DNA of 54,192 nucleotides from Candidatus Aminicenantes bacterium (GTDB lineage Bacteria; Acidobacteriota; Aminicenantia; UBA2199): NCBI GenBank assembly GCA_024644125.1, contig JAHELQ010000001.1, positions 1 to 54,192 of the forward strand, read 5' to 3'. Shown piece by piece: positions 27,192 to 35,997 of this stretch (position 1 is its first letter; each line of letters starts with the position of its first letter). The notes under the pieces were generated by a model. It saw only the letters and a program-made list of their open reading frames with translations, ran no database searches and was not told where the DNA came from. The position numbers and the translations under genes were made by a program.

Positions 27192-27281
27192 GGAGGGATG
27201 GCAGAGCGGTTGAATGCGGCGGTCTTGAAAACCGTTGACCCTTTGCGGGGTCCGTGGGTTCGAATCCTACTCCCTCCGCCA
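27192..27281 (+). tRNA. tRNA-Ser (anticodon UGA), class II with long variable arm, CCA encoded
   Basis: The acceptor stem GGAGGGA/TCCCTCC is followed by discriminator G and CCA. The anticodon stem-loop is GCGGT-CT TGA AA-ACCGT. The variable arm is GACCC-tttgcg-GGGTC. The T arm is GTGGG-TTCGAATC-CTAC. Confidence 0.92.
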
Positions 27282-27374
27282 CTTTCCTCATCATAGCCAA
27301 CTTCCTTTCCCTATCCCCTATAAATTCCAAGGAACGATCTCGCGCCGCTATCGATACAGAAAGTCCGGCTGGCT

Positions 27375-27415
27375 AAAAAAAAAGCCCGCCGGGAGTGCGC
27401 CTCGGCGGGCTTTTT
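27375..27415. terminator. Bidirectional intrinsic terminator between tRNA-Ser (+) and the peptidase-ABC gene (-)
   Basis: The GC stem GCCCGCCG (27384-27391) / CGGCGGGC (27403-27410) is flanked by A9 upstream and T5 downstream. Each strand therefore reads a hairpin followed by a U-run. Confidence 0.75.
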
Positions 27416-27454
27416 AATTAAATTCAGGAACGTTGTGTAAAGTTATGCAAAAGG

Positions 27455-30400
27455 TTATGTGGTTACTTTGTAGTCTTTACTCACTCTATCGATTTTACCC
27501 ATATCCATCTTGATAATACGATCGGCCACATCGAAGTAATGGTCGTCGTGTGTGATGACAATCACGATTTTACCTTCGGATTTCATGCGGGGCAATAATT
27601 CACGGTAAAAGAATTTGCGGAATTCCGGATCCTGGTCCGCGGCGATCTCATCGAAGAGATAGATGGGAGAATCTTCGAGGTAACATTGAAGAAGCGCCAA
27701 TCTCTTGCGTTGGCCGCCGGAGAGATCGACGGTGGAAAATGCGTTGTCCTTTACTGTCACCTTGTCCTGCATCCGCAACAGTTGCAGGTATTCCTCCACC
27801 TTGCCATCCTGGTCTTCAAGATCCACATTGTACATCTTCTGGAAGAGGTGAAAATCGCTGAATACAACCGAATAGTATTCGCCCAACCGCTGGGAGCCGT
27901 TGGATGAACCTTCCACCTCGACAGTGCCCTGGTGGGGCTCGTAAAGACCGGTCAGCAGTTTGGCCAGAGTTGTCTTACCGCTACCGTTGCCGCCGATGAT
28001 GAAGGTGATCTCGCCTTTGTTGAATTTCAGATCGACAGGGCCTACAATGAATTTTCCATCTTCGCTTTCGCTTTTGTATTCAAACATTACATTATCGGCT
28101 TTGATGGATTCGATCTCTCCTTCCCGCTGATGCCGCGCTTCCATAACTTTGGGATCCAGCGTGGCGGGGATATCTCTTTCAAATCCCTTAACTCTACCCC
28201 AGGAAACCCGTATGCGGATGATGTTGGGGATCGCGTTCAGTATTACGTTAAATGGCCCGATGAGGAAGAGGAGAATCATGATAAAGCTCATGAGAGTGAA
28301 TTTCGAGATCTCCGGAAAGAGCTCCGGAATCCCAAAACCGACTGCGGCCAACACAATGAGGAGCAGCGACTCCCCTATCAAGAACGCATTGACAAATTTG
28401 ATACCGGATTGGGTGGTTTTGTTACGAAATTCATGGCACACTAAATCGACATCCGAGCTGTATTCCCGTTTTTTGTTCACCTGCAAACTCAATTCCTTGA
28501 AGCCGTCGATCATGCCGTTGATCAACCGCATGAACACATTCTGGGTATCGCGCGCCTGTTCCAGAAGAACCCGCGCTTTGGCCATGACTTTATTGTAAAG
28601 CAAAGAAATGGCCACCACAACCAACACTGTAACGGCGGTCGCCCAAAACGCGATTGTGGCGAGATAGACAAATGCGCATACAATGGTAATGAGGCTTGTC
28701 ACTAGAGCAACCACGATGTTGGCGGCGTTTCCTATCTGGCCGGTATCGTCGCTTAGCGTGGCAAAGACCCTTCCTCGATCTAATTGTTCAAATTTTTGAT
28801 AGGATGTGAGAAACACCTTCCGCACCAGATTGACGCGCATATCGTAGACAATACGGAAGGTAATTTTGAGTAGCTCTGTTTGAATGATTTTTCGGCCGCC
28901 GATATAGATACCGAACGCCAACCCAAAATAGAGGAGCTGGTAATAGAGCTCCATGTTCCCCCGCAAAGAATTGGTGATGAGGAAGATCACCATTGCGTTC
29001 GCCCCGCCTGCCAGGAGGCTGAGAACGATAATCAACGGCAATCTGCGAATCAGTTGGTTTCGCTGGGGAAAAATGCTTGAAAATAGATAGCCAAGGTAAG
29101 TGGCGGCTATCGCTAGAAGCAACATAAACACCGCAGTTTTAAAACTCAACGGAGCCCAAACCAATGTGGTTTCCCAGGAGAGCCCGGTCATGGCATAGGG
29201 AAGAAGGTAGATTCCATATAGATAGGGGCAAAAAAGAATTAACGCTCCAGACATCTTGCCCAACGTTTTTAGGTCGGGAAGCAAGAAACGGCGATTGTCC
29301 TTGAGAATATCCTTGAAGATGGAAATCCAAAACACGATAATTGCCAACAGAAAAATTGCCAACATCACGGAAATGACAGTTCCAGCTTTGTCCACATCAT
29401 TTGGGGGTACTGTCTTGATGTCCGGTTGCTTTCCTGCGGCCATATCCATGATCATTTTACCGATGGCGGTGGTGTAAGTGGAATTGGAATTGGCCATAAC
29501 CGCAACGGCGACCTTTTCCTTCTCATTGAACCCCATGTAACAGGTGAAATTTGGATTCAGGCCGTCGTGTTCCACAATACCGGATGTATCCACATATGTC
29601 TGCCAACCATAGCCATATGACGCGAGCGTCTGCTTGTTGGGAGAAATTGTCGTGTCCCGTTGATGGGATAGTTCGAAAATATCTTTGAACGGGGTGTCGA
29701 TGTTCCCCATATTCAATTGCAGCCAACGAGCCATATCTTCCGCATTGGACACAATGTAACCGGCGGGATTGTTGCCCCTGTATACAGGCGCGTCAAACGG
29801 TCTGGGTGCGAAAAAGCTTATTTTATGGCCAACGGCCATCGGCAGCGATCCATCGCCTTTACCCACCCGGGTCCCGTCCATACCCAGAGGCGCGAAAACC
29901 AATTGCTGCATGGCCTCTTCATATGTTTGTCCGGTCACCGCTTCGATCGCGGCTCCAACCACATCGTAATTGAGGGTGGCATATTCATACTGCGAACCAG
30001 GCGCTCGGTCCAATTTGTATCCCGAAACTTTCATCGCGGTCAGACGAAGTTCGTCGTTTGAATCTCCAGGAGTAATTAGATCTACTGTTTTTGCAGGCAA
30101 TCCGGTTGTATGCCTCAAACATTGCCGGATGGTGGGCGCCACTTTTTTTCCATTGTATAAAAAGTGAAATCCCTCTAGATATGTCGATACCGGTTCGTCC
30201 AGCACGATTCGCCCTTCGTTAGCTAATCTCAACGCAGCAAACGCGGTAAACGCCTTACTGCACGAGGCCAACTGGAACAGCGTTTTATCGGTGACAGCGG
30301 AATCCGCATCATTGCCTTCAACGCCATAGCCCCTTGTGTAAACCTCTCCATCCGCCATCACAACCGCTACGCCGAGCCCGGGAATTTTTCCGTCATCCAT

Positions 30401-30538
30401 AAATTCCCGGATCTGGCGGTCAAATTCTTCCGGCACGAACGGCCGTTCGGCCCTCTCTCCGGCCCATAAACCGGCGAGCGTGAGCATCGCTATAATCATC
30501 GCGGCGGAAATCCGCCGCATCCCTTTCTCTGGGCACAT
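27455..30538 (-). CDS. Fusion protein: ClbP-like S12 (D-stereospecific) peptidase + three TM helices + ABC exporter (TMD + NBD), ZmaM-like
   Basis: 1027 aa with AAGGAGGA SD. The N-terminal signal/anchor is followed by the class-C beta-lactamase-fold motifs ASCSKAF (SxxK, Ser codon 30263-30265) and YATLNYDVVG (YxN). Several blocks recall ClbP closely: FLYNGKKVAPTIRQCLRHTTGLP, PLGM and HDGLNPNFT..AVMANSNS. Multiple TM helices follow. The NBD has Walker A GGNGSGKTTLAKLL, signature LSGGQRKRLAL and Walker B YLFDEIAADQD, as in cyclic-peptide exporters. Confidence 0.85.
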   Translation of the reverse strand: MCPEKGMRRISAAMIIAMLTLAGLWAGERAERPFVPEEFDRQIREFMDDGKIPGLGVAVVMADGEVYTRGYGVEGNDADSAVTDKTLFQLASCSKAFTAFAALRLANEGRIVLDEPVSTYLEGFHFLYNGKKVAPTIRQCLRHTTGLPAKTVDLITPGDSNDELRLTAMKVSGYKLDRAPGSQYEYATLNYDVVGAAIEAVTGQTYEEAMQQLVFAPLGMDGTRVGKGDGSLPMAVGHKISFFAPRPFDAPVYRGNNPAGYIVSNAEDMARWLQLNMGNIDTPFKDIFELSHQRDTTISPNKQTLASYGYGWQTYVDTSGIVEHDGLNPNFTCYMGFNEKEKVAVAVMANSNSTYTTAIGKMIMDMAAGKQPDIKTVPPNDVDKAGTVISVMLAIFLLAIIVFWISIFKDILKDNRRFLLPDLKTLGKMSGALILFCPYLYGIYLLPYAMTGLSWETTLVWAPLSFKTAVFMLLLAIAATYLGYLFSSIFPQRNQLIRRLPLIIVLSLLAGGANAMVIFLITNSLRGNMELYYQLLYFGLAFGIYIGGRKIIQTELLKITFRIVYDMRVNLVRKVFLTSYQKFEQLDRGRVFATLSDDTGQIGNAANIVVALVTSLITIVCAFVYLATIAFWATAVTVLVVVAISLLYNKVMAKARVLLEQARDTQNVFMRLINGMIDGFKELSLQVNKKREYSSDVDLVCHEFRNKTTQSGIKFVNAFLIGESLLLIVLAAVGFGIPELFPEISKFTLMSFIMILLFLIGPFNVILNAIPNIIRIRVSWGRVKGFERDIPATLDPKVMEARHQREGEIESIKADNVMFEYKSESEDGKFIVGPVDLKFNKGEITFIIGGNGSGKTTLAKLLTGLYEPHQGTVEVEGSSNGSQRLGEYYSVVFSDFHLFQKMYNVDLEDQDGKVEEYLQLLRMQDKVTVKDNAFSTVDLSGGQRKRLALLQCYLEDSPIYLFDEIAADQDPEFRKFFYRELLPRMKSEGKIVIVITHDDHYFDVADRIIKMDMGKIDRVSKDYKVTT

Positions 30539-30564
30539 GTATCCTCCTTAGGTTATATTGCTGA

Positions 30565-33500
30565 TTACACGTATTCCTTTATAATTCCGGCTGTTTTTTT
30601 CACATGGGGCGGCTCCAGCATTGTCACATGATCTCCAGTAGTTTCGATCACATGGACTTTGCCGTAAGACATTTTCTTCACCGCCTGAGGTTCCACTCTA
30701 AATTTTGACCGGATGGCTTTAATATTCAATATGGGAGCATGAATGACTCCCGAGAACTTTCGTTGATGGGGAATTTTGGCAAAGGCCATGAACATGTCGT
30801 GCAACAATTCCGCAACCTCTTTCTTCGCAGCTTCCGCCTCGTCGGGCGACAACGCCGGTTGTCCGGCCCGTTCCCGATCCACTATTCGAGCTTCAGCGAC
30901 ATAGGCTTCGAATTCCTGCGACAATTCCTCGACGGACTTGCCGAAATAAGTCTGCTTTCTGGATTTGAATAATCCCCCCAACGTGCGGACCGAATCGGCG
31001 AATCGGTGCAGGAAGAAGTATTGCACAGGGATCATGACCGGTTCGTCAAGCATGATCGTATGCTCCACTTTCATTCCCATCGCCTCCATCTTTTTCACCA
31101 AATTGTAGGCAACAAAATCGCCGAAACAATAGCCGCCGATAATATAGGGACCCTCCGGTTGAACCTCTCTGATCTGGTAGAGATAATCGTCCACCATCTC
31201 AAACATCGAGGTGGGATACGGAGACCTACGGGAGACGCCCCTCGCCTGGACGCAATAGACGCTGAACTCCTTTTCCAACAATTTTCCTAAATCCCTGTAT
31301 TGATAAGCAAGCCCGTGAAGCGGGTGGATGAAGAAAATTTTCCTCTCCTGCTCGCATTTGTTGAGTTTTACGATGCACTCCGGTCCCGCTTCGGAGCGCT
31401 CTCCCCCGAGACTTGCGGCCAATTGTCGAATGGTGGGATAGAGTATGATGTCGCTGAGGTCTAATTGGCAACCCAACGCCTCTTTGATTTTCGGTACAAT
31501 GGTCAACGCCTTGAGTGAATCTCCGCCCAATTCGAAGAAATCATCGTCGATTCCCACCTTCTGTATTCCGAAGAATTCCTGCCAAATCCGGCACAACGCC
31601 ATTTCGGTATCTGTAGCGGGTGCCGCGAACACGCTTCCGAGCTCCGGCCGTTGATGCAAGCTTGCCGCCGGTTGGGCAGCGGAAGTTTGATTGAAGCCCT
31701 GGCTCATGGTGGCTTGCACTTTTTCATCCGCCTCTCGCAACACTCCGAAGAGATCTCGGGTGCAGATGATATTCAACGGTTTACCGTGCCCCACAGCTCT
31801 GCGGAACACCTCGACTCCTTCCCGGTTACTCAAACCACCGGGAATCATACCTTCATAATCGAGATTTTGGGCATCGGGAAAATCCATATCAATGGCGTTC
31901 CGGGTCATCCCGCCCTCGAGCCAATCATCCCATTCGATAGCGAGGCTGAAGATTCCGGACTTCACCGCTTTGTATCCGGCAAAGGCATCCATGAATTCAT
32001 TGGCGGCATTGTAGCTAACCTGTGCGAATTTCCGCTTGTACAATTGGTTACCCAGCGAGGAGAACAAAATCATAAAATCGAGAGGCTCCTCTCGGAGCAA
32101 CGACTCCAACACCAATGTGCCGCGAACTTTGCAATCCATATATTGTTCGGTGATCTTGCGCGTCCGTTTCTGGATCACCCCGCCGAAATCGATGACACCG
32201 GCGGCGTGAATCACGCCGTTAATGGGCCCGTAACTGGCTTTTGTGTGTTTAATGATCTCCTGCATCGCCTTTATATCCGAGATATCGGCGCTATAGACCG
32301 CGACCGAAGCTCCAGCCTGCTGGAACGCCTGCAACGAGAGGATCTTCTGTTTGATCTTCTCGGGTTCGTTTGGATCATCAAGTCGTTCACTCCATTCAAT
32401 TTCCGGGGGAAACGAACTGCGGCCGATCATTACCAATTTAGCCTTGTAGGCGGTAGCAAGGAATTCGGAGACGCTGAACCCCATACCCCCGAAGCCGCCA
32501 ATCACCAGATACACGCCGCCGGTTTTGAACGGAAGCTGCCGGTCCGGAACTTCTTCGAGATGCATGGGGATTTGCCGCTGCACAAACCGTTCTCCATATC
32601 TCCAGGCAACGAAGGGATCGCTCTCCCCTATCAAGATGTCGTCGAGCACTTTCCGTAGCAACAAATCTTTCCCGCTGCCGGAAAACTCCTGAGGCTGAAT
32701 ATCAATGCACCGGCAAGTGAGATGGGGATATTCCACCGGAATTATTTTCACCGCCCCCAGCATGGTTGTTTTTTCAGGGAGCGCGAACTCATCTTCGGCA
32801 ACGCGAAACATTTGATTGGCCAATACAACGATGGCGACATCCTGCTTGATCCTTTGTCGGCCAATGGCTTGCGCCATATTGAGCAAGCTGAAGAGTCCCA
32901 TATCCTGGTCTTCATCCAATTCTTCCAGGGAAACTGGCCTCTCTCGCTCGGCGGTGACATTCCAGCAATGAATAATTCGCGCCGGGATGGAGTTCTGCTG
33001 TTTCAATTCCGCGAATAAGCGGTCATAATCTTTCGGCGACGAGGGATCGACGAAGATGAGGTCCCCCTCTTGTCGATATGTTTTGCCGGGTAGTACCATG
33101 ATGAGCGGATGCCCTACCGAATCTTCCAGCCTCCGTTGAAGACTGCTCTCGAATTCCCCTTCGCGCAAAAACAAAAGCCATGGAGCGGTGTCTGCCGGAT
33201 CTGATTGTTTGGAGATGTGTTCTTTTAGCGATTTTGGCTTCCAGTCATATTGGTAAAACCAATCGCCGATATCCGAACGTTTGGGGAGTACCGGCCGCTT
33301 GTTCATATTTTTTCGTATGGCGGCGTAGGTTTGTTGGGAAAAAAGAAATGTCTGTCCGGCAAATGGGTAAACCGGAAGTGGAATGCGCTGGGGAGTGGAA
33401 TCTCCATGGAACGCTTTCCAATCGACAACCACGCCATTCATCCAGGCCTGTCCAATTTTTTCCAGGAAATAGCAAGCTGAGTCGGAGCTCTCTTGAGGAT

Positions 33501-35997
33501 GGGGGATGAGGTTGATGCACGGTTGGCCGTTTTTCTTTTCTGGATGTTGATTTGCAAATGCGGTCAGTGTTTTCCCGGGCCCAATCTCCAGTAACACTAT
33601 CTTTGGTTTTTGCAGGAGCAGCCCCATTCCATCGGCGAAACGAACGGTGCCTCGCAACTGCCGCGCCCAATAACCAGGATCGGTAGCATCTTCCTTTGTG
33701 ATCCAGTTTCCGGTGGCATTGGAGATGAATGGAATCTGCGGTTCTTTTAGATTTATTGTATCGAAGGCGGCGATGAAATCATCGAGCATCGGCTCCATCA
33801 TCTGAGAGTGGAAAGCGTGGGATGTGTGAAGCAGTCGCGACTCGATCCCCCTACTCTTCAATGTGTCCTGGAAGGCGGTAATTTCGTCTGTCTCACCAGA
33901 GATTACACAGCGATCAGGACTGTTGACAGCCGCTAGCGACAGGGACTGCGGCAACAGGGCATCCAATTCTTTTGCCGGCAGAGGGACGCTGAGCATCGAG
34001 CCGGGCTTCATGGCTTGCATCAAGCGACCGCGGGTGGATACGATGCGCATGGCATCATCCAGGGAAAAAACCCCCGACAAATGAGCCGCCACGAATTCAC
34101 CGATACTGTGCCCCATCATGGCGTAAGGCCGGATGCCCCATGAGATAAGTGTTTTGGCCATGGCATATTCCAGGGCGAATAGGAGCGGTTGGGTGTTTTC
34201 CGTATTGTTGACAGGGGGATTCCCATCTTCTCCGGATGTTGTAACCGATGGATAAACGATCCCTTTGAAATCTTTCCCGGTAAAATGGAGCAAGATCTCG
34301 AAGCATCGATCCATCTCTTCCCGGAAGATTTTTTCGGTTTGGTACAATTCCAAAGCCATATTCTCATACTGGCTCCCCTGCCCGGAGAAGAGAAACGCCA
34401 CCGGAGCCGGGCCTTCCGGCGCCCGCGCGGTTCCTCTCGCTCCAGCGGGTTTTTGTTCCATTTCCAGGACCAATTGCCGGTTGTCTGAAGCGAGCCAGAC
34501 TCGACGGAAAGTCATCTGCTTGCGCCCCTGTTGCAGTGTAAACGCCGCTTCCTGGAGGTTTATCTCAGGATTCTTTGCGAAAAATTCCTTGAATTGAACC
34601 GTCTTTCGATCAAGAGCTTCACTCGAACGGGTGGAAAGTACGATGAGCTGCTGCTTCCGATTGGGAGCCTGGGAGAAGCTCGTCTCGGGAAGAGGCGCCT
34701 CTTCCAAAATTGCATGCGCGTTTGTCCCGCCGATACCGAACGAGCTCACCGCGGCGCGACGCGGCGTTCCATTACGGCTCCAATCTATCACTCTTGTATT
34801 GACGTAAAATGGACTGTTTTTGAAATCGATTTTGGGATTCGGCCTATTAAAATGGAGACTGGCGGGAATTTGACCTCGATGTAGCGTCATGGCAGCTTTT
34901 ATAAATCCCGTTACTCCGGCGGCGGTGTCCAGATGGCCGATGTTGGTCTTTACCGAACCCACCGCGCAAAATTGCTTCTTTTCTGTTTTGAACGCCAATC
35001 GCAACGCCTCGATTTCCACCGGATCGCCAAGTATGGTTCCAGTGCCGTGGGCCTCGATGTATCCGATACTCTCCGATGCGACCTCGGCAGCCTCCAGAGC
35101 CAATCGCACCACCTCCGCCTGGCCTTCGACGGAGGAAGCGGAGAACCCCACTTTGCGAACCCCGTCATTGTTAATAGCCGATCCTTTAACGACAGCATAT
35201 ATATTATCTCTGTCAGCCACCGCCTGCGGCAATGGTTTAAGAACCACAACTGCGACCCCGTCGCCGCCGACAATGCCCTTAGCGTCGGCGTCAAATGCGC
35301 GGCAACGACCTTCGGGGGAATGAATCATCCCTTCGATATAAAAATATCCCTCTTTGCCCAGCCGCGTGGCTTTAGCGCCACCGGCCAGGGCCATATCGCA
35401 TTCTCCGTTCAAAAGCGACTGGCATGCCAGATGAATCGCCACCAACGACGTGGAGCACGCTGTATTGAGCGTTACGCTGGGTCCGCGGAGATCGAGTTTG
35501 TAAGAAACCCGTTGAGCGATAAAGTCTTTGCTGTTCAAATTGAATGAATCAAACTCCCCTACTTCGCGCGCCAGACCGGAGAGAATCGACAATGCCTGCC
35601 ATTGAAAATGTTCGCTGGCTCCGGCAAAAAATCCGATAAGTCCATTGAACCGATCAGGATCATAGCCGGCGTTTTCCAATGCCCACCACGATACTTCATG
35701 CAGTTGCCGCATTTGTGGATCCATGATTGCCGCCTCTTTTGGAGTATAACCAAAGAACGCCGCATCGAATTGACCGATATTTTTAAGTAAACCGGCAGCC
35801 TTTACATAATTGGGCGAATGGATCACCTTGAGAGGAATACCTTCATCTTGAAGTTCCCGATCTGTAAAAAAGCTTACCGATTCTCGTTCATTGAGAAGAT
35901 TATCCCAGAATCCATCTATATCATCCGCTCCAGGAAACCTCCCCGCCATACCGATGACTGCGATTTCCAAACCGGTGTATTGTTGTTCAAGACTCAT
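30565..35997 (-). CDS. Type I polyketide synthase module: KS-AT-KR-carrier protein-TE
   Basis: 1810 aa. KS motifs are TACSTSLVA, EAHGTGT and NIGHLDTAAG. AT motifs are FSGQGSQ, GHSIGEFVAAH and HAFHS (malonyl-type). KR has GGFGGMG and the K/S/Y/N set (DCKVRG, FSSLG, VSYNAAN). The carrier motif is ELGGDSLKA. The TE has GGYCFGD (Cys codon 31126-31128) and GDHVTM. Confidence 0.95.
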   Translation of the reverse strand: MSLEQQYTGLEIAVIGMAGRFPGADDIDGFWDNLLNERESVSFFTDRELQDEGIPLKVIHSPNYVKAAGLLKNIGQFDAAFFGYTPKEAAIMDPQMRQLHEVSWWALENAGYDPDRFNGLIGFFAGASEHFQWQALSILSGLAREVGEFDSFNLNSKDFIAQRVSYKLDLRGPSVTLNTACSTSLVAIHLACQSLLNGECDMALAGGAKATRLGKEGYFYIEGMIHSPEGRCRAFDADAKGIVGGDGVAVVVLKPLPQAVADRDNIYAVVKGSAINNDGVRKVGFSASSVEGQAEVVRLALEAAEVASESIGYIEAHGTGTILGDPVEIEALRLAFKTEKKQFCAVGSVKTNIGHLDTAAGVTGFIKAAMTLHRGQIPASLHFNRPNPKIDFKNSPFYVNTRVIDWSRNGTPRRAAVSSFGIGGTNAHAILEEAPLPETSFSQAPNRKQQLIVLSTRSSEALDRKTVQFKEFFAKNPEINLQEAAFTLQQGRKQMTFRRVWLASDNRQLVLEMEQKPAGARGTARAPEGPAPVAFLFSGQGSQYENMALELYQTEKIFREEMDRCFEILLHFTGKDFKGIVYPSVTTSGEDGNPPVNNTENTQPLLFALEYAMAKTLISWGIRPYAMMGHSIGEFVAAHLSGVFSLDDAMRIVSTRGRLMQAMKPGSMLSVPLPAKELDALLPQSLSLAAVNSPDRCVISGETDEITAFQDTLKSRGIESRLLHTSHAFHSQMMEPMLDDFIAAFDTINLKEPQIPFISNATGNWITKEDATDPGYWARQLRGTVRFADGMGLLLQKPKIVLLEIGPGKTLTAFANQHPEKKNGQPCINLIPHPQESSDSACYFLEKIGQAWMNGVVVDWKAFHGDSTPQRIPLPVYPFAGQTFLFSQQTYAAIRKNMNKRPVLPKRSDIGDWFYQYDWKPKSLKEHISKQSDPADTAPWLLFLREGEFESSLQRRLEDSVGHPLIMVLPGKTYRQEGDLIFVDPSSPKDYDRLFAELKQQNSIPARIIHCWNVTAERERPVSLEELDEDQDMGLFSLLNMAQAIGRQRIKQDVAIVVLANQMFRVAEDEFALPEKTTMLGAVKIIPVEYPHLTCRCIDIQPQEFSGSGKDLLLRKVLDDILIGESDPFVAWRYGERFVQRQIPMHLEEVPDRQLPFKTGGVYLVIGGFGGMGFSVSEFLATAYKAKLVMIGRSSFPPEIEWSERLDDPNEPEKIKQKILSLQAFQQAGASVAVYSADISDIKAMQEIIKHTKASYGPINGVIHAAGVIDFGGVIQKRTRKITEQYMDCKVRGTLVLESLLREEPLDFMILFSSLGNQLYKRKFAQVSYNAANEFMDAFAGYKAVKSGIFSLAIEWDDWLEGGMTRNAIDMDFPDAQNLDYEGMIPGGLSNREGVEVFRRAVGHGKPLNIICTRDLFGVLREADEKVQATMSQGFNQTSAAQPAASLHQRPELGSVFAAPATDTEMALCRIWQEFFGIQKVGIDDDFFELGGDSLKALTIVPKIKEALGCQLDLSDIILYPTIRQLAASLGGERSEAGPECIVKLNKCEQERKIFFIHPLHGLAYQYRDLGKLLEKEFSVYCVQARGVSRRSPYPTSMFEMVDDYLYQIREVQPEGPYIIGGYCFGDFVAYNLVKKMEAMGMKVEHTIMLDEPVMIPVQYFFLHRFADSVRTLGGLFKSRKQTYFGKSVEELSQEFEAYVAEARIVDRERAGQPALSPDEAEAAKKEVAELLHDMFMAFAKIPHQRKFSGVIHAPILNIKAIRSKFRVEPQAVKKMSYGKVHVIETTGDHVTMLEPPHVKKTAGIIKEYV
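30568..31390 (-). other. Thioesterase domain with Cys in the nucleophile elbow (G-Y-C-F-G instead of GxSxG)
   Basis: IIGGYCFGDFVAYN was read directly, with TGT at 31126-31128. The putative catalytic His in TTGDHVTML is at 30628-30630. Confidence 0.8.

Noticed and set aside
27192-27454. A mobile-element signature (integrase, att repeat) at the tRNA-Ser border of the right-hand locus.
   Set aside because: There is no integrase or transposase ORF between the tRNA and the operon. I saw no second copy of the tRNA 3' end in the window. The island idea is therefore kept only as a hypothesis to be tested with the rest of the contig.
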